Positions 51,508 through 63,835 of a DNA stretch of 64,000 nucleotides are shown here, in pieces. The notes below the pieces were generated by a model. That model was not told where the DNA came from and did no database searches. It worked only from the letters and a program-made list of their open reading frames with translations. Location of the stretch: contig MU053881.1 of NCBI GenBank assembly GCA_013239625.1, forward strand, positions 3,410,001 through 3,474,000. The letters are read 5' to 3'. The stretch comes from Lama guanicoe. Lineage: Eukaryota. How positions within the stretch are numbered: position 1 is the first letter of the stretch; each line of letters opens with the position of its first letter. Position numbers and translations under genes: made by a program.

Positions 51508-53583
51508 AAATATAGCCTTTCTCTTTTGGTTGCAGATCATAGCAGTCTACCCCAGCCATCTTGAACAAAAGGGAGACGTTGGATGGACGTTGAGTATGGA
51601 AAAGCAAGGCTCTGGGAAGGAGGGAGGGAGTCACAACTAAAGTGACTCAAGACACATCATCTAGAGTGTTGCTATCAATATCGCCATGTTACCAAGCACC
51701 CCCAGCCTCCCTCCCACTTCCTCGGAGAAATGCTCCTATTTGGTTGAGTCATGTGTTTGCTTCTGGGCCAGTCAGAAGGCACACCCATGTCAGGGTTTGG
51801 GGGCCATTTCTTGGGGAGGTGACTCATGAACCAGGCAGTCCCCAGAGAAGGGGCTTCTATAGCGTTAAGCACCGAGCAGAGGTTTGTACCGTGTCCTTGG
51901 TCAGGCGTGAGAGAAGTGAAGGAACGCCTCCAGGAAGAGGTGGCCATCGAACGTGGTGGCCTTGAAAACAAGCAGGCGGCTCGTGAGAGAATCCAGGCCG
52001 ACAAACTTGACCCTGAAGAAAGAGGGGCTTGCTGGATTTAGGGCCTGAAGCTCGTAGAAGACCCTGTTGGGCCAGATATCTACCCAGAGGACTGGTATAA
52101 TCACACTGCAAACGAGCTGTGCCGCTGGGGCATCTGAGCTCGTCAGGAAGACTGGGTTAGGGTGTAATGTAATTTTTGTAATGTCAGGGAAGGGCAATGG
52201 TGGTGTTCTACTCAAAACTGTGGATTCCAGTCCAGCTCAGCCACTTACCAGCTGCATCATCATAAGGAATTCTTTTCCCTAAGACTCAGTAATCACATCT
52301 GCAAAGTGGGAGACATAATACTTATTTCTCAGCTGGATGTACAGGTGAGGGGAGAAGGCGTGCTGGAAACCATCTTGCAAGAGTTGGCAGGACCAGAAAA
52401 CCCATCCATGCCCATGGGTTTCCATTTTCATTATATCTTTGCATGCTGTGCTCTGCCCAGACTTCCATTAATTGTTTTGATGGATGAATTTTGGGAAGAA
52501 TTCGTAACAGCAACATTTGGATGCCAGGAACTCAGTGACCCTGTGTATTTCAGAGACCCTGCCATAATCCTGGGAACTGGCTGGGAAAGAGGCTCCCGTA
52601 TATGTGCCAAGGGGGAACTTGTTCTATTTACGGTTCTCAGTCTTCATAATTCCATGTTTTTGTGGGGGGTTTTGGCACGTGTGGGCCCACAGACCTCTTC
52701 TTCCTGGCTGTGCCCACTTTGTCTGGCTAAGCCTTTTTCGGATGCTCAGTCTCTAGAATTCCGGCAGAGAAACCGCTGCAAGGCATGATCGCCGTCTCAG
52801 GAGGAAGCCCCAGCTCTAATGCAGTCATCCCGCTGTTGCCATCCAGCTCGTGGCACGGCAAGTGCATTCCCCAAATGCCTCATCGCACAGCAGAGTCCAG
52901 CACAAACTGACAGCCGTTATTTTATTTCCTCTCTGGTTGCCCGGTGGGCCCAGTGGTGGGAGGGGAGGCGACTTCACAGAGGCACTGGGAGAGTGGCACG
53001 CGTGCGGCTGGGGAAGCACAGACCAAGATTCTAACGCTGCCCAGCCGCCCACGATCCGTGGGGTCTGAGGCCAGCTCTGAAACCTTTCCCATCCCGTTTT
53101 GCTATCTGTGAAATGGGGACAGTATCGCTGGGAGGTGGTAAAGCTTGAGTGAGAAACTGTAAGCAAGTGCTTTTGTGAAGTGACATCTGGCTTGTGGAAG
53201 GGACTCAGTGTGTGTTAGTTTCATTAATCTTCGTTCAGGTTAGTTTACCGGGCACCCTGGGTCCCTCTTCTCCCAAGTGGCCTGCTCTCTGTGTACAAAG
53301 TCTCTTTCTGTACCTCTCTAAGAGTACTTAACACATATTAAAAAAAGGATTAGGGATTGGAACCTGTAGGCTAGTATTTTGCACATGGAAATATACATGA
53401 ACACTGAGAGGGAGGCTCATGAGGGCCTTGGGCCCCAAAAGGGCAGCCCCAGAATGGAAGAATCTTCAACAGTGGTGGTGCAAACACCCAGGCGGGCCAA
53501 GGTCACAGGCAGAGGGCCCTGGATTGGGAATGCTACTGCCCTCTCTGGGCTTCAATTTCTCTGTCTTTCAAATGTGGTGGGAT

Positions 53584-54117
53584 TGTTACTAAGTCCAAAC
53601 TCATTCTGCTCGCCCCACGACAGACCAGTAAATCAGGAGACGAGGTGTTGGGGCAAGGAATAGCAACTTTATTCAGAAAGCAATCAGATCAAAAAGATGG
53701 CAGACTAATGTCCTGGAGAACCACCTCCCCCAAGTCAGAATTTAGGCTCCTTTTATACTAAAAGGGGGAGGGGGGTCGTTGGTTGTTGCAAACTTCTTGG
53801 CCTCAGAATTCTTTGTTCTTGGAATCCTTTATTCTTGCAGCTGTCCACGTGGGTCAGGTCATGGTGCCCTTGTAAAATTTCTAACAAAGCAAATATTTTC
53901 TATTCTGCAACTTGTTAACTTTATATAAGTGCAAAAGTCTTAATATCCTTAAAGATCAGAGCCTTGAGAATAGGCTCCCCTATATATTTCAGGCTAAAGG
54001 CAACATTCTTTTACAACAGGTGCAGAGCCAGCAAGACTAAGCATAGAAAACAGGGCACAGGGTTAAAGGCAAAGCAACAGGTCTCATGTGGAGTCAGATT
54101 TGTTCTTTTCTATTACA
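53584..54117 (-). mobile_element. ERV1-class solo LTR, antisense, 534 bp
   Basis: TGT..ACA termini; minus-strand polyA signal (tttatt ~53668) and TATA (ttttata ~53751) in correct order; TSD not clean. Confidence 0.8.
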
Positions 54118-54455
54118 GAGTTCCTTGTATCCTGCTTGGCCTGCCATCCTTACCCTTCCTACTTTTACAACAGGGTAACTGCTTGTTTAGTGGTCTTTTT
54201 TCCAGCGAGAATGTAAGCTTCATGTCCATCGGGATGAGCTCTGCTGGTGACAGGGAGCTCGCCACCCACCATCTAGCTGTTGTCTGTAATTGTTTTCTGA
54301 TAAGACCTCACAAAGTAGCAGTTCTGAAATCAGGGTGTGTTTAGGAAGAAGAAGCACTTTCTTGTAACTGAGGATGTGCTGTGTGTCTGCCCATCTGCCT
54401 TCCTCAGTCTGGTGTGGCTCCACGTGGAGTAGGAGGGAAGGGGGCAGGGCACAAC

Positions 54456-55017
54456 TGTTGAAAGAATGACGCAGCAGCTGAGGACGAGACAAACTGGTTA
54501 GGACCAAAGTGATGGAATATTCCACTTCCAGTGGACCTTGAGCCTCAGGGCACACCCACAGGCTCCGTGACAGTTCCGAGAATGACCATAAAAGTCAAAA
54601 AGTAGCGGGAGTGCAGGGGTTTTCTGGAAATCCTCTCCCTTTCCCCAAAGTAGTTGGAATAATCCTCTTACTCGTTAGCATAGGAAATTTAATAACTTCA
54701 CACCTCATGGTCATGCTCTCTCTGCCGCTCTCTCTCTTGTCTTCTGAGATGGCCCGCACTCTGTCTATGGACGGTGTATCTACTTTTACTTTAAACTAAA
54801 CACTCCCACACCTCTCAGGCTCCTCTCCCTCTCACCTTTCTGAGATGGCCTGCATTCTGCCTATGGAGTGTGTCTCCTAAGCCATTTTCCCTTCTAAGTG
54901 AGACAGACCCCAGTCTCTGTGAAATGTGTCTCTCTCTAAATGAACTTGCTTTCACTTTACCATGCCTTGCTCTTGAATTCTTTCCTGTGCTAGGCAAGAA
55001 CCTGTTCTCCCCCAACA
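54456..55017 (+). mobile_element. MER41-like ERV1 LTR (5' boundary uncertain)
   Basis: gaataatcc..gttagcata; ctctgtctatgga / ctgcctatggagt; aacttgctttcactttac..tgaattctttcctg..caagaacc..caaca match MER41-family U3/R/U5 blocks. Confidence 0.75.
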
Positions 55018-55063
55018 CACGTGCTATCTTACTGAGCAAACACCCAGGAGAGATCATGCAGGC

Positions 55064-55582
55064 TGTGGAAGATGATTTAGTGGTCACCAATTCCTCCCAT
55101 CCCAATGCACACATCCCTTTGCAATGTGAGTTTGTTGTCCCTCCCATCCAGAGGCGGAGTCTACTTCTCCGCTCCCTTGAGTCTGGGCTGGCCTTGTGAC
55201 CACTTTGTTCCATAGAATGTGCTAGAATTGGCACTGTGCAAGTTCTGAAGTCTGAGCCTCCTTGAGCTTATAGCTTCCTCCTCTGCCCTGTTGGAATGCT
55301 GTTCTGAGGCTGCCATGTGGGGGAATTTCACCTGATCCTGAAGGATGAGTGATCACGTGGAGAACTGAGGCTCTCCAATCAGGGAGCAGCAAATACCAGA
55401 TTCACGAGTGAGGCCACCTGACCATCCAGCTGAATCTGCAGCCACTTGTGTGAGCACAGGCTAAACCAGTAGGGGAACCACCCAGCCAACTGGTGGAACT
55501 GTGAGAAAGAGGAAATCCTTGTTGATTTAAATCACTAAGTTTCGGGATGATTTGTTACACAGCATCAGATAATTTGTATACA
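55064..55582 (+). mobile_element. MLT1 (F/G/H-like) solo LTR
   Basis: tgtgg..ctcccatccagaggcggagtct..cccttgagtctgggctggccttgtgac..cactaagtttcgggatgatttgttacacagca..taca. Confidence 0.85.
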
Positions 55583-55980
55583 GCTGTTACTTCTTTCCTC
55601 TATAACTTTCTCCAAATTCCCTCAAACTCTTCATCCTGCTCCGGAAATAAGTCTTCCCATGTTAGCATGGTGCCAAATGAGTCGATACGCTCTCTGAACA
55701 CCAGAGCCTAGAGGATTGTGTATATGGGGCTGGAGAGGTTCAAGAGTATGAAACCACCAGGAACCTCAGGTAAGCAGGAGGAGGGGCTGTCAGGGAGAAG
55801 TCACTTGGCCTCCTCCAGTTTATCACACTTCTGGGTCACAAGTTGGTCCCAGGAAGGTACTCTGAAATGTGCAAATGAAAAGGAAAGCAGTCTATGAAGA
55901 GATGGGAGAGAAAGGAGAGACCCCTGGGATGCAGACTGCCTGAGCAGCCCCCGGCACCATTTATCCACCAAAAGCGTTGC

Positions 55981-56472
55981 AGATCTTCTCAAGCAAAGTA
56001 AGAGCCTGCCCGCTCTGTGTCACTCATTAGAAACGAGATGCTGTGGTTTCAGCGAGAACAGATTGAGGGGAGGAGGAGGAGAGGAGTTTGAAAATGCAGC
56101 AAGTTTGAGTAACTTGAGTGACTCATTCTACTACTCTGAAATGTGATTATTAAGGAAATTAAAAAAAAAAACTTAAAATGTTCTGGAAAAGAGAGCAGAC
56201 AGGGAAGTAAGGAGCTGATACTGAGGATAGATCTGCTCAAGCAAAGTAAGAGCCTGCCTGCTCTGTGTCACTCGTTAGACACGAGATGCTGTGGTTTCAG
56301 CGAGAACAGATTGAGGGGTGGAGGAGGAGAGGAGTTTGAAAATGTAGCAAGTTTGAGTAACTTGAGTGACTCATTCTACTACTTTGAAATGTGATTATTA
56401 AGGAAATTAAAAAAAAACTTAAAATGTTCTGGAAAGGAGAGCAGACAGGGAAGTAAGGAGCTGATACTGAGG
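55981..56472 (+). repeat. Tandem duplication, 2 x ~245 bp
   Basis: 55981-56226 vs 56229-56472: 8 substitutions, a 2-nt poly(A) length difference and a 2-nt 'at' junction. Confidence 0.97.
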
Positions 56473-56494
56473 GGGTGGGGGTGGGGGTTGGGGG
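56471..56494 (+). other. G-quadruplex-forming motif G5-T-G5-T-G5-TT-G5
   Basis: gggggtgggggtgggggttggggg. Confidence 0.85.
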
Positions 56495-56779
56495 TAAACA
56501 GCCCAGCCCAGTGGTTGAGTTCAGATTTCAGGATCAAATGGCCTCAGGCTCAGCTTCAGCTCCTCCACAAAACTGTGTGTGACTCTGAGCAAATCATTCG
56601 TGTCACCAAACTCCAATTTCCCCTTCTGTCAACTGGGGAAAATACTTGTATACAATGCACTGAAATTGCTTAGCCTAGTGCCGCTGTCCACATCTCTCCT
56701 CTTCTTACTGGATGATGCTTTGTGTGTTTTGTCTGCTCTGGATCCTTTCGTCTGGTAACAGCAGCCAGTTTGTTTTTGA

Positions 56780-57250
56780 GAAGCAACCTCCTGTACTGAG
56801 CCCCGGAGGGTGTAGAAATTAATGAGGCATTGCTCTTGCTGTCAGGAGGCTCACAATATGAACGAGAAGACAGGACAACACACAGAGAGAAAACAGTGAT
56901 GCAGTGTACTCAGAACTACGATAGAGACAGCACAGGGACTGAGCACGTAGCACAGAGCCTACAGCATGGCGAGGTCCCTAACCCAGACTGGGAGGTGAGG
57001 GATGGATTCAGTCAAAGTGGTTACAGAAAGGCAAGCTGTTCACTAGTGCTTGGATACAGAGGACGGTACACAGGCAAGGGAAACACGTCAACAAAGGGCC
57101 AGATATCTGAAAAAGCAGGGCAGTAGTTTTGTGAGATGAGTATGGGGATAAGTGGCCAATTGGCAGGTACAACCCAGATCGTGAAGACCTGTGCTAAGAA
57201 GCTGGGACTTTATTTTGCACTCAGAGGGGAACCATCAAAGGTCGTAGCCT
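56780..57250 (-). mobile_element. Antisense L2 fragment
   Basis: cctaacccagactgggaggtgagggatgg..aggcaagggaaacac..gtgctaagaagctgggactttatt..gggaaccatcaaagg. Confidence 0.7.
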
Positions 57251-57951
57251 TCGATCTCTCCAGATACATCTTTTCATAGCTACCCTGGGGAACTGGGAGT
57301 GAGACGGGAGGGAGAGATACACGGATGAAAAACACGGCAGTTTCTGTCTGCTGAGAAGACACCAGTGAGCTCCCGACGGGTCAGGAAATAGCTCCTTTCA
57401 TTTCCAGAATAATAATCCAAAGTCTCTATTTAATGCTCATTTCAGGAACTAGGCGAAACTCTTAAGCAACTGATTACGAAGCTTTTGAGTCCACAAAGCA
57501 TAACCTGCAAGGGCATTAGCATTTCTGAGGGGAACACATTCAGGGCAGGGATAATGGTGATTATTATTCTGCAGTCAGATACTGCCTTTCCTGGAAAGGA
57601 TTCAAATTCATATTGAATTGAGAAGAATTTGAAGGCCGAAGGAAGGGATCTGCTTCTCTTAGGAATACCCCAAGGAGGTTTTCTGTATTCAAATAAAATC
57701 AGTGAGTTCTCCCATCTCCGCAAAAAATCTGTGGCTGCAAACTGTACCAATGTGACAGAGTGGCTGGTTAAATTAGACAAATAGGGCAGAAACACTATTT
57801 CCACAAGGTGGTACTTTCCTTGTTTAAAAAGTAGCCAGCCAGAAGTTAAAAGGCTCACATTAGTTCTAGAGTCCTATAGGGAAGGGAAAAAGGAGGTGAC
57901 TAATGATAAAAGCTTACTGAAACAACAGATGAAACAGATGTCAGGTGATAA

Positions 57952-58045
57952 AAGGAAGGAAGGAAGAAAAGGAGGGACAGACAGAGGGAGGGAGGAAGGG
58001 AGGGAGGAAGGAAGGAAGGGAGGGCAGGAGGAAGGAAGGAAGGAA
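57952..58045. repeat. (GGAA/GGGA)n purine-rich simple repeat
   Basis: Read directly. Confidence 0.9.
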
Positions 58046-59073
58046 CCATTATTAAATAAATTGCATTTAACATTATCAATAATGTTCTTGAACTAAGGAA
58101 CCTAGAGAGTATATGACCTTGCCTGTGTAATCTAACCCCCTATAAGATTATCAGGTTTTATTGGCCTGGAAAAATCCAATAAAATAATCATAAATAGGAA
58201 AAAAACATCCAAAATTGATTCAAAGATACTCTAAGAAGAAAACAAAGTGAAAATTAAATTTTCTCCAAAGATAAAAACACTTCAGAATTGATAAAAATCC
58301 ATGATATAAGGAAAAAATAGGACATAGCACTTCAACACGACACCTTGTAAGTTACAATTCAGACTAAAAAGCATAAAAAAGACAAAGACGAATACTCAAT
58401 ACAGCCATACTTAACAACAATGTTTTATAGTTTTCTCGTTATAAATACTTATGCCCTAAATAGCACAGCAACTAATTTCATGAAGCAGAAACCCTGGGAG
58501 ATACAAGAAGTGACAGAAGAGCTTAATAACTTCAGCTGAAAAATTATCACACATAAAATAACAATGAAAACCTTATGAAATTCCATTAGTAGAAATGCTA
58601 TAAAATTATCTCATCACAAAGCAATAGACCTAAAAATAACTAACAAATTCAAAACCATCAAGTCTATTTTATTTTTAAATGAAATATCTCTCTAATTTAA
58701 AAAAAACTGCAGAAAACACAAAAATTGTGATAGTTAAAATAAATGGCAAAATCTGAGATGTGATTTAATCAACAATCAGAAAAATGCATAACTTTTGTGT
58801 TACACATTATATACTAATAAAAATGAAAGGATGAAAATTACTCAATTAACCAACCCCCCCAATTATAAAAAGAACAAAACAGAAAACCAAATTAATGCAG
58901 GAGACAGATAATGATAAAAGAATAGAGCTAAAAATAGAAGATAAATAATAGAACCAATAAATGAGTTTAAAAAGCTAGCCTTTTGAAAAAACATCTACAA
59001 AGTAGGTAAGCAACAAAGTGACCCAGAAAAAAAAAAAAAAGAGCACAAAACCATAAAACAAATAAACAGACAT

Positions 59074-59378
59074 GACAAAGGGAATAATGACTGAAAAAAA
59101 AAAAGAAACTTAAAAAATTATCAGATTCCACTTCAGTTCTAAGGAAATGTATTTTAAAGTGCAGAAAAATGGACAGTCTTCTGAAAAATCTTAATATTTC
59201 AAAATTGATGCTAACAGAGATAGAAGACAAAGGGAATAATGACTGAAAAAAAAAAAAGAAACTTAAAAAATTATCAGATTCCACTTCAGTTCTAAGGAAA
59301 TGTATTTTAAAGTGCAGAAAAATGGACAGTCTTCTGAAAAATCTTAATATTTCAAAATTGATGCTAACAGAGATAGAA
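59074..59378 (+). repeat. Near-perfect tandem duplication, 152 + 153 bp, inside old L1
   Basis: 59074-59225 and 59226-59378 are identical except A11 vs A12. Confidence 0.95.
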
Positions 59379-59540
59379 AGTTCAAATGCACCAATTTCCA
59401 TAAGAAAAGTAGGAATAGTTATTAATTGCCTACCACTTAGTTATCAACTATTATCAGTAATACTCAGAGACCCAAGACCGCGGGTATCCTAGGGAAGCAC
59501 TATCCATAGCACATTCAGGGATGGAGGAAGCATGTAATGT

Positions 59541-59702
59541 CTGTGCTGTCCAATCCAGTAGCCACTAGCCACGTGGGGTGTTTAAACCCTTGAAATGTGG
59601 CTAATGTGATGAAGAAATAATACTTTAAAATTTATTTAATTTTAACTAAAGCAAATTTAAATAACCACATGTGACCAGTGGTTGCCCTATTTGGCAACAC
59701 AG
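59541..59702. mobile_element. MER3-like hAT-Charlie MITE nested in L1
   Basis: ctgtgctgtccaatccagtagccactagccacgtg..ttgaaatgtggcta..aaataaccacatgtgaccagtgg..tttggcaacacag. Confidence 0.85.
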
Positions 59703-62700
59703 TTGTAGAGCATAAGAAAACAGGAAAACTTTCAGATTATTGGCATAAAATAATACTAATAACTAAATCTGAAAAATACTACATACAAATAGAAAAGAAT
59801 TGCCTCACTTATGAATACCAATGCAAAAATCCTAAATATAATAATAGCAAATTACATTAAAATAATACATCCAGACCAAGTGGGGTTTATCCCAGAAATG
59901 CAAGGATAATTTAATATCTTTTAATATATAATTGATTAATATAACAGGTCATATTAATAAATCTAAGGGGAATAATCATTTTATCTTCCCAGACACTGAA
60001 AAGGCATTTGGAAAAATTCCATACTATTTCCTTAAAAAGCACAGTACCTGGGAATTCATGAGCACTTTCTTAACATTAAAAAATAAATCAAACTTATGCC
60101 AATGTTTAATGGAGACAGAGACATATTTTTACTGAAATCAAGATTGAAGCAAAGATGTTCACTAGTCCCACTAATGTTTGACTTTTGTTGGAAATATTAG
60201 CCAACAAAGTCAGACATAAGAATTGAGAAGAAAGAGACAAAATTACCTTTATTTTTATTGATATAAAAACTTACCTGAGTCCAGAAATCAACACAATATT
60301 AAGATCAATTGACTTTGGACAAGGATGCCGAGACAAATGTTAGGGAAAGAATTATCTTTTTAACAAATTATGTTGGGACAACTGGATATCCACATGCAAA
60401 AGAATGAAGTTGGATGCCTACCTCACACCATATTGAGAATCTGAGCTGTCTCTCCTCCCTATACCAAATTTCCACATGCACTTTGTCATATTTCTGGACT
60501 TGCCATTCTATTTACATTTATTCTATGTATTCAGGTGCCAATAACACTGTTTGAATTATAGATCAAGTCATATGTCTCCTACTTGCCCCTCCCACCCCTC
60601 TCCCCTTGCTGTGCACTCTGTCGTGAGCCCTGGGGAATGACCTTGTAAACAGAGCTGTCGGGAGAACTGGAAAGACTTTTGAAATATAATAAGATGATAT
60701 CTGCACCTCATATTATTCATCAGGTTAAACTCCAAACACATCAGAAATCTAAACATAAAAGATTAAACCATATAAATATTAAAAGAAAATACAGGCAAAT
60801 TCCTTTAATCCTGGGAGTAATTCACAATTCAGAAGCGTTTAAAGAAAAGATTGATGAATTCAGCTAGCTAAATTTTTTAAGGTTTTGCATGACAAAAGAC
60901 ATTGTAAGCAGTCAAAGTGAAATGAAAAGCCAGGGGAAAATATTCGCAACTTACATCATAAAGGGCTAATCTTATTAATATATTTTTAAAAGACTCTTCA
61001 AAATGGAGATAAAATGGGCAAAAGACATAGTTCATAGCAAAAAGGAAGGCAAAGTTCTTTAAACATGTAAAAAGATGCTAAACATCACTCATAATAAAGG
61101 AAATGCAAATACTAACTACCACAAAATGTCATTTCTTATCTCTCAGATTGGCAAAAATCCAAGAGTTTGGTAACACATTGTTTGCAAAGAAACCATCACT
61201 CTCATACTTTGCTGGTAAAAGTCTAAATTTCCCACGCCTACGAAGGGGAATTTTATATTTAATGGTATTACATATGTATTTACCCTTTGAACCAGTAATC
61301 CTATTTCTAGGAATCTGCTCTGAAGATATATTTCCTTAAATATCTGTGGCATTGTGGCAAAAATGCCACTGTGACATTATTGCCAAGAACACAAAGACTG
61401 GAAGCAAGACAAATATGTATCATTCAGAGAATGGTTGAAAAAACTAGGGTCCTTTCACACGGCAGACTAGATGCAATCTTAAAATTCAATAGAAATCTCT
61501 ATGTACAGATTGTGAATGACTTTGCAATATTATATTAAGTATAAAAGCAAGTTGTTGAAAACTATTTAGGGTTTGCTGCCTTTGTGTAAAAACTGAGAGA
61601 AGTATGTACTATTTTTCATAAAAAGTAGCACAGGAAGGATAAACTGGAAACTTGATAAAAATGGTGTTTAGCTGTGGGGGAAATAGGGCAGAGGGGCAGA
61701 TACTTCTCTGAGTGCACCTTTGTGCACGGACTTAAATTTGAACTATTGTAAATGTTTGCATACTCAAAAAATTAAACAAAAAAATAAAAAGGTGTAAACA
61801 AAAACAACCAACCTTGGTAATATGTTAAAATTTTCACATAACTACGCAGAAGAAAGATTTCAAACGACTTTCAACTTTTGATATACAGATCGTCCTTAAG
61901 AAAATGAAGAACTGTGTAGAAACATACAATTTCATTCGGCAATTTCATTGCTAATAGTCATTGTAATGTTATCGTAACTTTGTAATCATTTAGTGTTCAA
62001 TATAGGATAAAGCAAAATATAAAATATATATACGTTATCAGGAATGAAGATTTTTGGTTTGAGATGAAAGGAGATAAAAATGTGAATTAAGGTGTTCTAA
62101 AAAAAACTTTGCAATATTAATTTGAACTGTGAATATCAGTATGGACCCATGATTTTAGTAGATAAATATATTTTCTAGTTTTGTCCATTGAAAACATCTA
62201 GAAAAAATAACTTTTCTCATAGCTGTGAGCTCACCTAGTACCTAGATCTTGTTTTCTAAGTACCATTCTTTCCTAAGGGAAAACAGAGATCCTTGGAGTC
62301 ATGGATGATGCTGAGTCTGCGGCAGCAAAAGTATAATATGAGTCTTACACAGATGCAAGGATGTTGAAGGCATGTCAAAAGGACAGAGAAGCCAGCTGAT
62401 GGGTGATCTGGTTGGCCAAATTTGGGACATGTTAAGCATCAGACAGAAAAAGTAACTTCCACTGATTGCAAAATACAGAATGAATAAAAAATCACTAGTC
62501 CACAGTGGTTCAAGAAAAATAAAACAGTAATACAGATAGATAGGTAGATATATAGATAGATAGATAGGGAGACTCTGTATCTTGAAAATGGTACCTAGAG
62601 GGAATAATTATTTAGTTTGTCTTTTTAGAATAAGCTGCAGTCCACCAATAAAGGAAAGTTTTTCTTTATCAGACAATGCCAGCTAGTGACTGCAGGACAA

Positions 62701-63454
62701 ATGAGAGAACTAGAAAATCCCACACTTGCAGCCCTTCGTGAGCTATTTTGCTCATATGCAGATAGAGAATTCTAGAGTGGTGCTCTAGGTACACCTCCGA
62801 GGTGGCTCTCCGGGGAGTGGGATGCAGGCATGAGGGGGAGTGCCGAGGGAGTGAGAGGGTTTACTTTATATTTTTGCCCATCTGTCTTCTTTAAAATGTT
62901 CCTTTCAAACTTAGTGCTTTTACAATGGAAAAAAAATTAGCTTAAAAATCTAGTTGAAGCTCCTGTTTTGCAAATTCTTACTTCTCCTTTAGGACCTCAC
63001 TCAAGTGTTCCCTCCTTAAGGCAAAAAGCACAGGCCACCCTAAGCAAGAAAACACTTCCTCCTTTGCTGAACATTATTGTTGCATTTGCCACATTTTAAG
63101 CATATAATTGATTGTCTGTTTACAGCTCTATATACTCACCAATAAATGAACAGTGCACATTCCATAAATGCTTGCCGAGTGTTTAAGACCTGAACTTGGA
63201 GAAAGGCTTTGGAGTGCCGACCATTATAACCAGTTCACACCTGACACCTTCCCTGCTCTGCACTGAAATATTCCAAGGAAAGAGATTTAATCTTATTCAG
63301 TTCAACAAGTAATTACTCAACAAGATATTATGTAATTTCTTTGGGCCTTCCATTTTCTCATCTACAAAAAGTACGTGGGTAGGGAGGAGGAAGCCAGGCT
63401 GCTGTTAGGATAATTGAGAAAATAATGTGCTTAATAACAACTTGTTGGATGAAT

Positions 63455-63835
63455 AGGTGAATGAATAAATAACATAATTTATAAATAAACTGAATAAATG
63501 AATGAATGAATGAACAGAGAGCCTGGGAGGAAGGAAAGAGAAAACTACAGAGGAGGATTGATGGATGGATGGATGGATGGATTGATAAATAGGTAGATGG
63601 ATGGTGGATTTGAGTGAGTGAATGGTTTGATGGTTGGATGGATGAATAGATGGATGGTCAGTGGGTGAATGGATGGATGGATGGTGGATGGATAGATGGA
63701 TAAATGAGTGAATGGATGATTGGATGGGTGGATGGTTGGTTGTTTGGATGGTTGGATTGGTAGATGCAGGAATAGATGGTGGTTGAGTAAGTGAATAGAT
63801 ACACGGATGGTAGATGGAGGAGTGGATAGATGAGT
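63455..63835. repeat. Degenerate (TGAA)n/(TGGA)n tetranucleotide array, probably L2-tail derived
   Basis: tgaatgaatgaa then ~290 bp of tggatggat variants. Confidence 0.85.

Larger units (their letters stand above)
58130..62800 (+). mobile_element. Long, degraded old L1 (ORF2 remnants and 3' UTR; L1MC/ME-type) with internal insertions
   Basis: A-rich sense strand; ORF2 remnants gaccaagtggggtttatcccagaaatgcaagga, gaaaaggcatttg, gggacaactggatatccacatgcaaaagaatgaagttgga, aaagatgctaaacatcact; no open frame. Confidence 0.8.

Noticed and set aside
58967-59401. 144-aa minus-strand ORF with an internal peptide repeat
   Set aside because: Produced by the 152-bp tandem duplication in antisense, T-rich L1 sequence.
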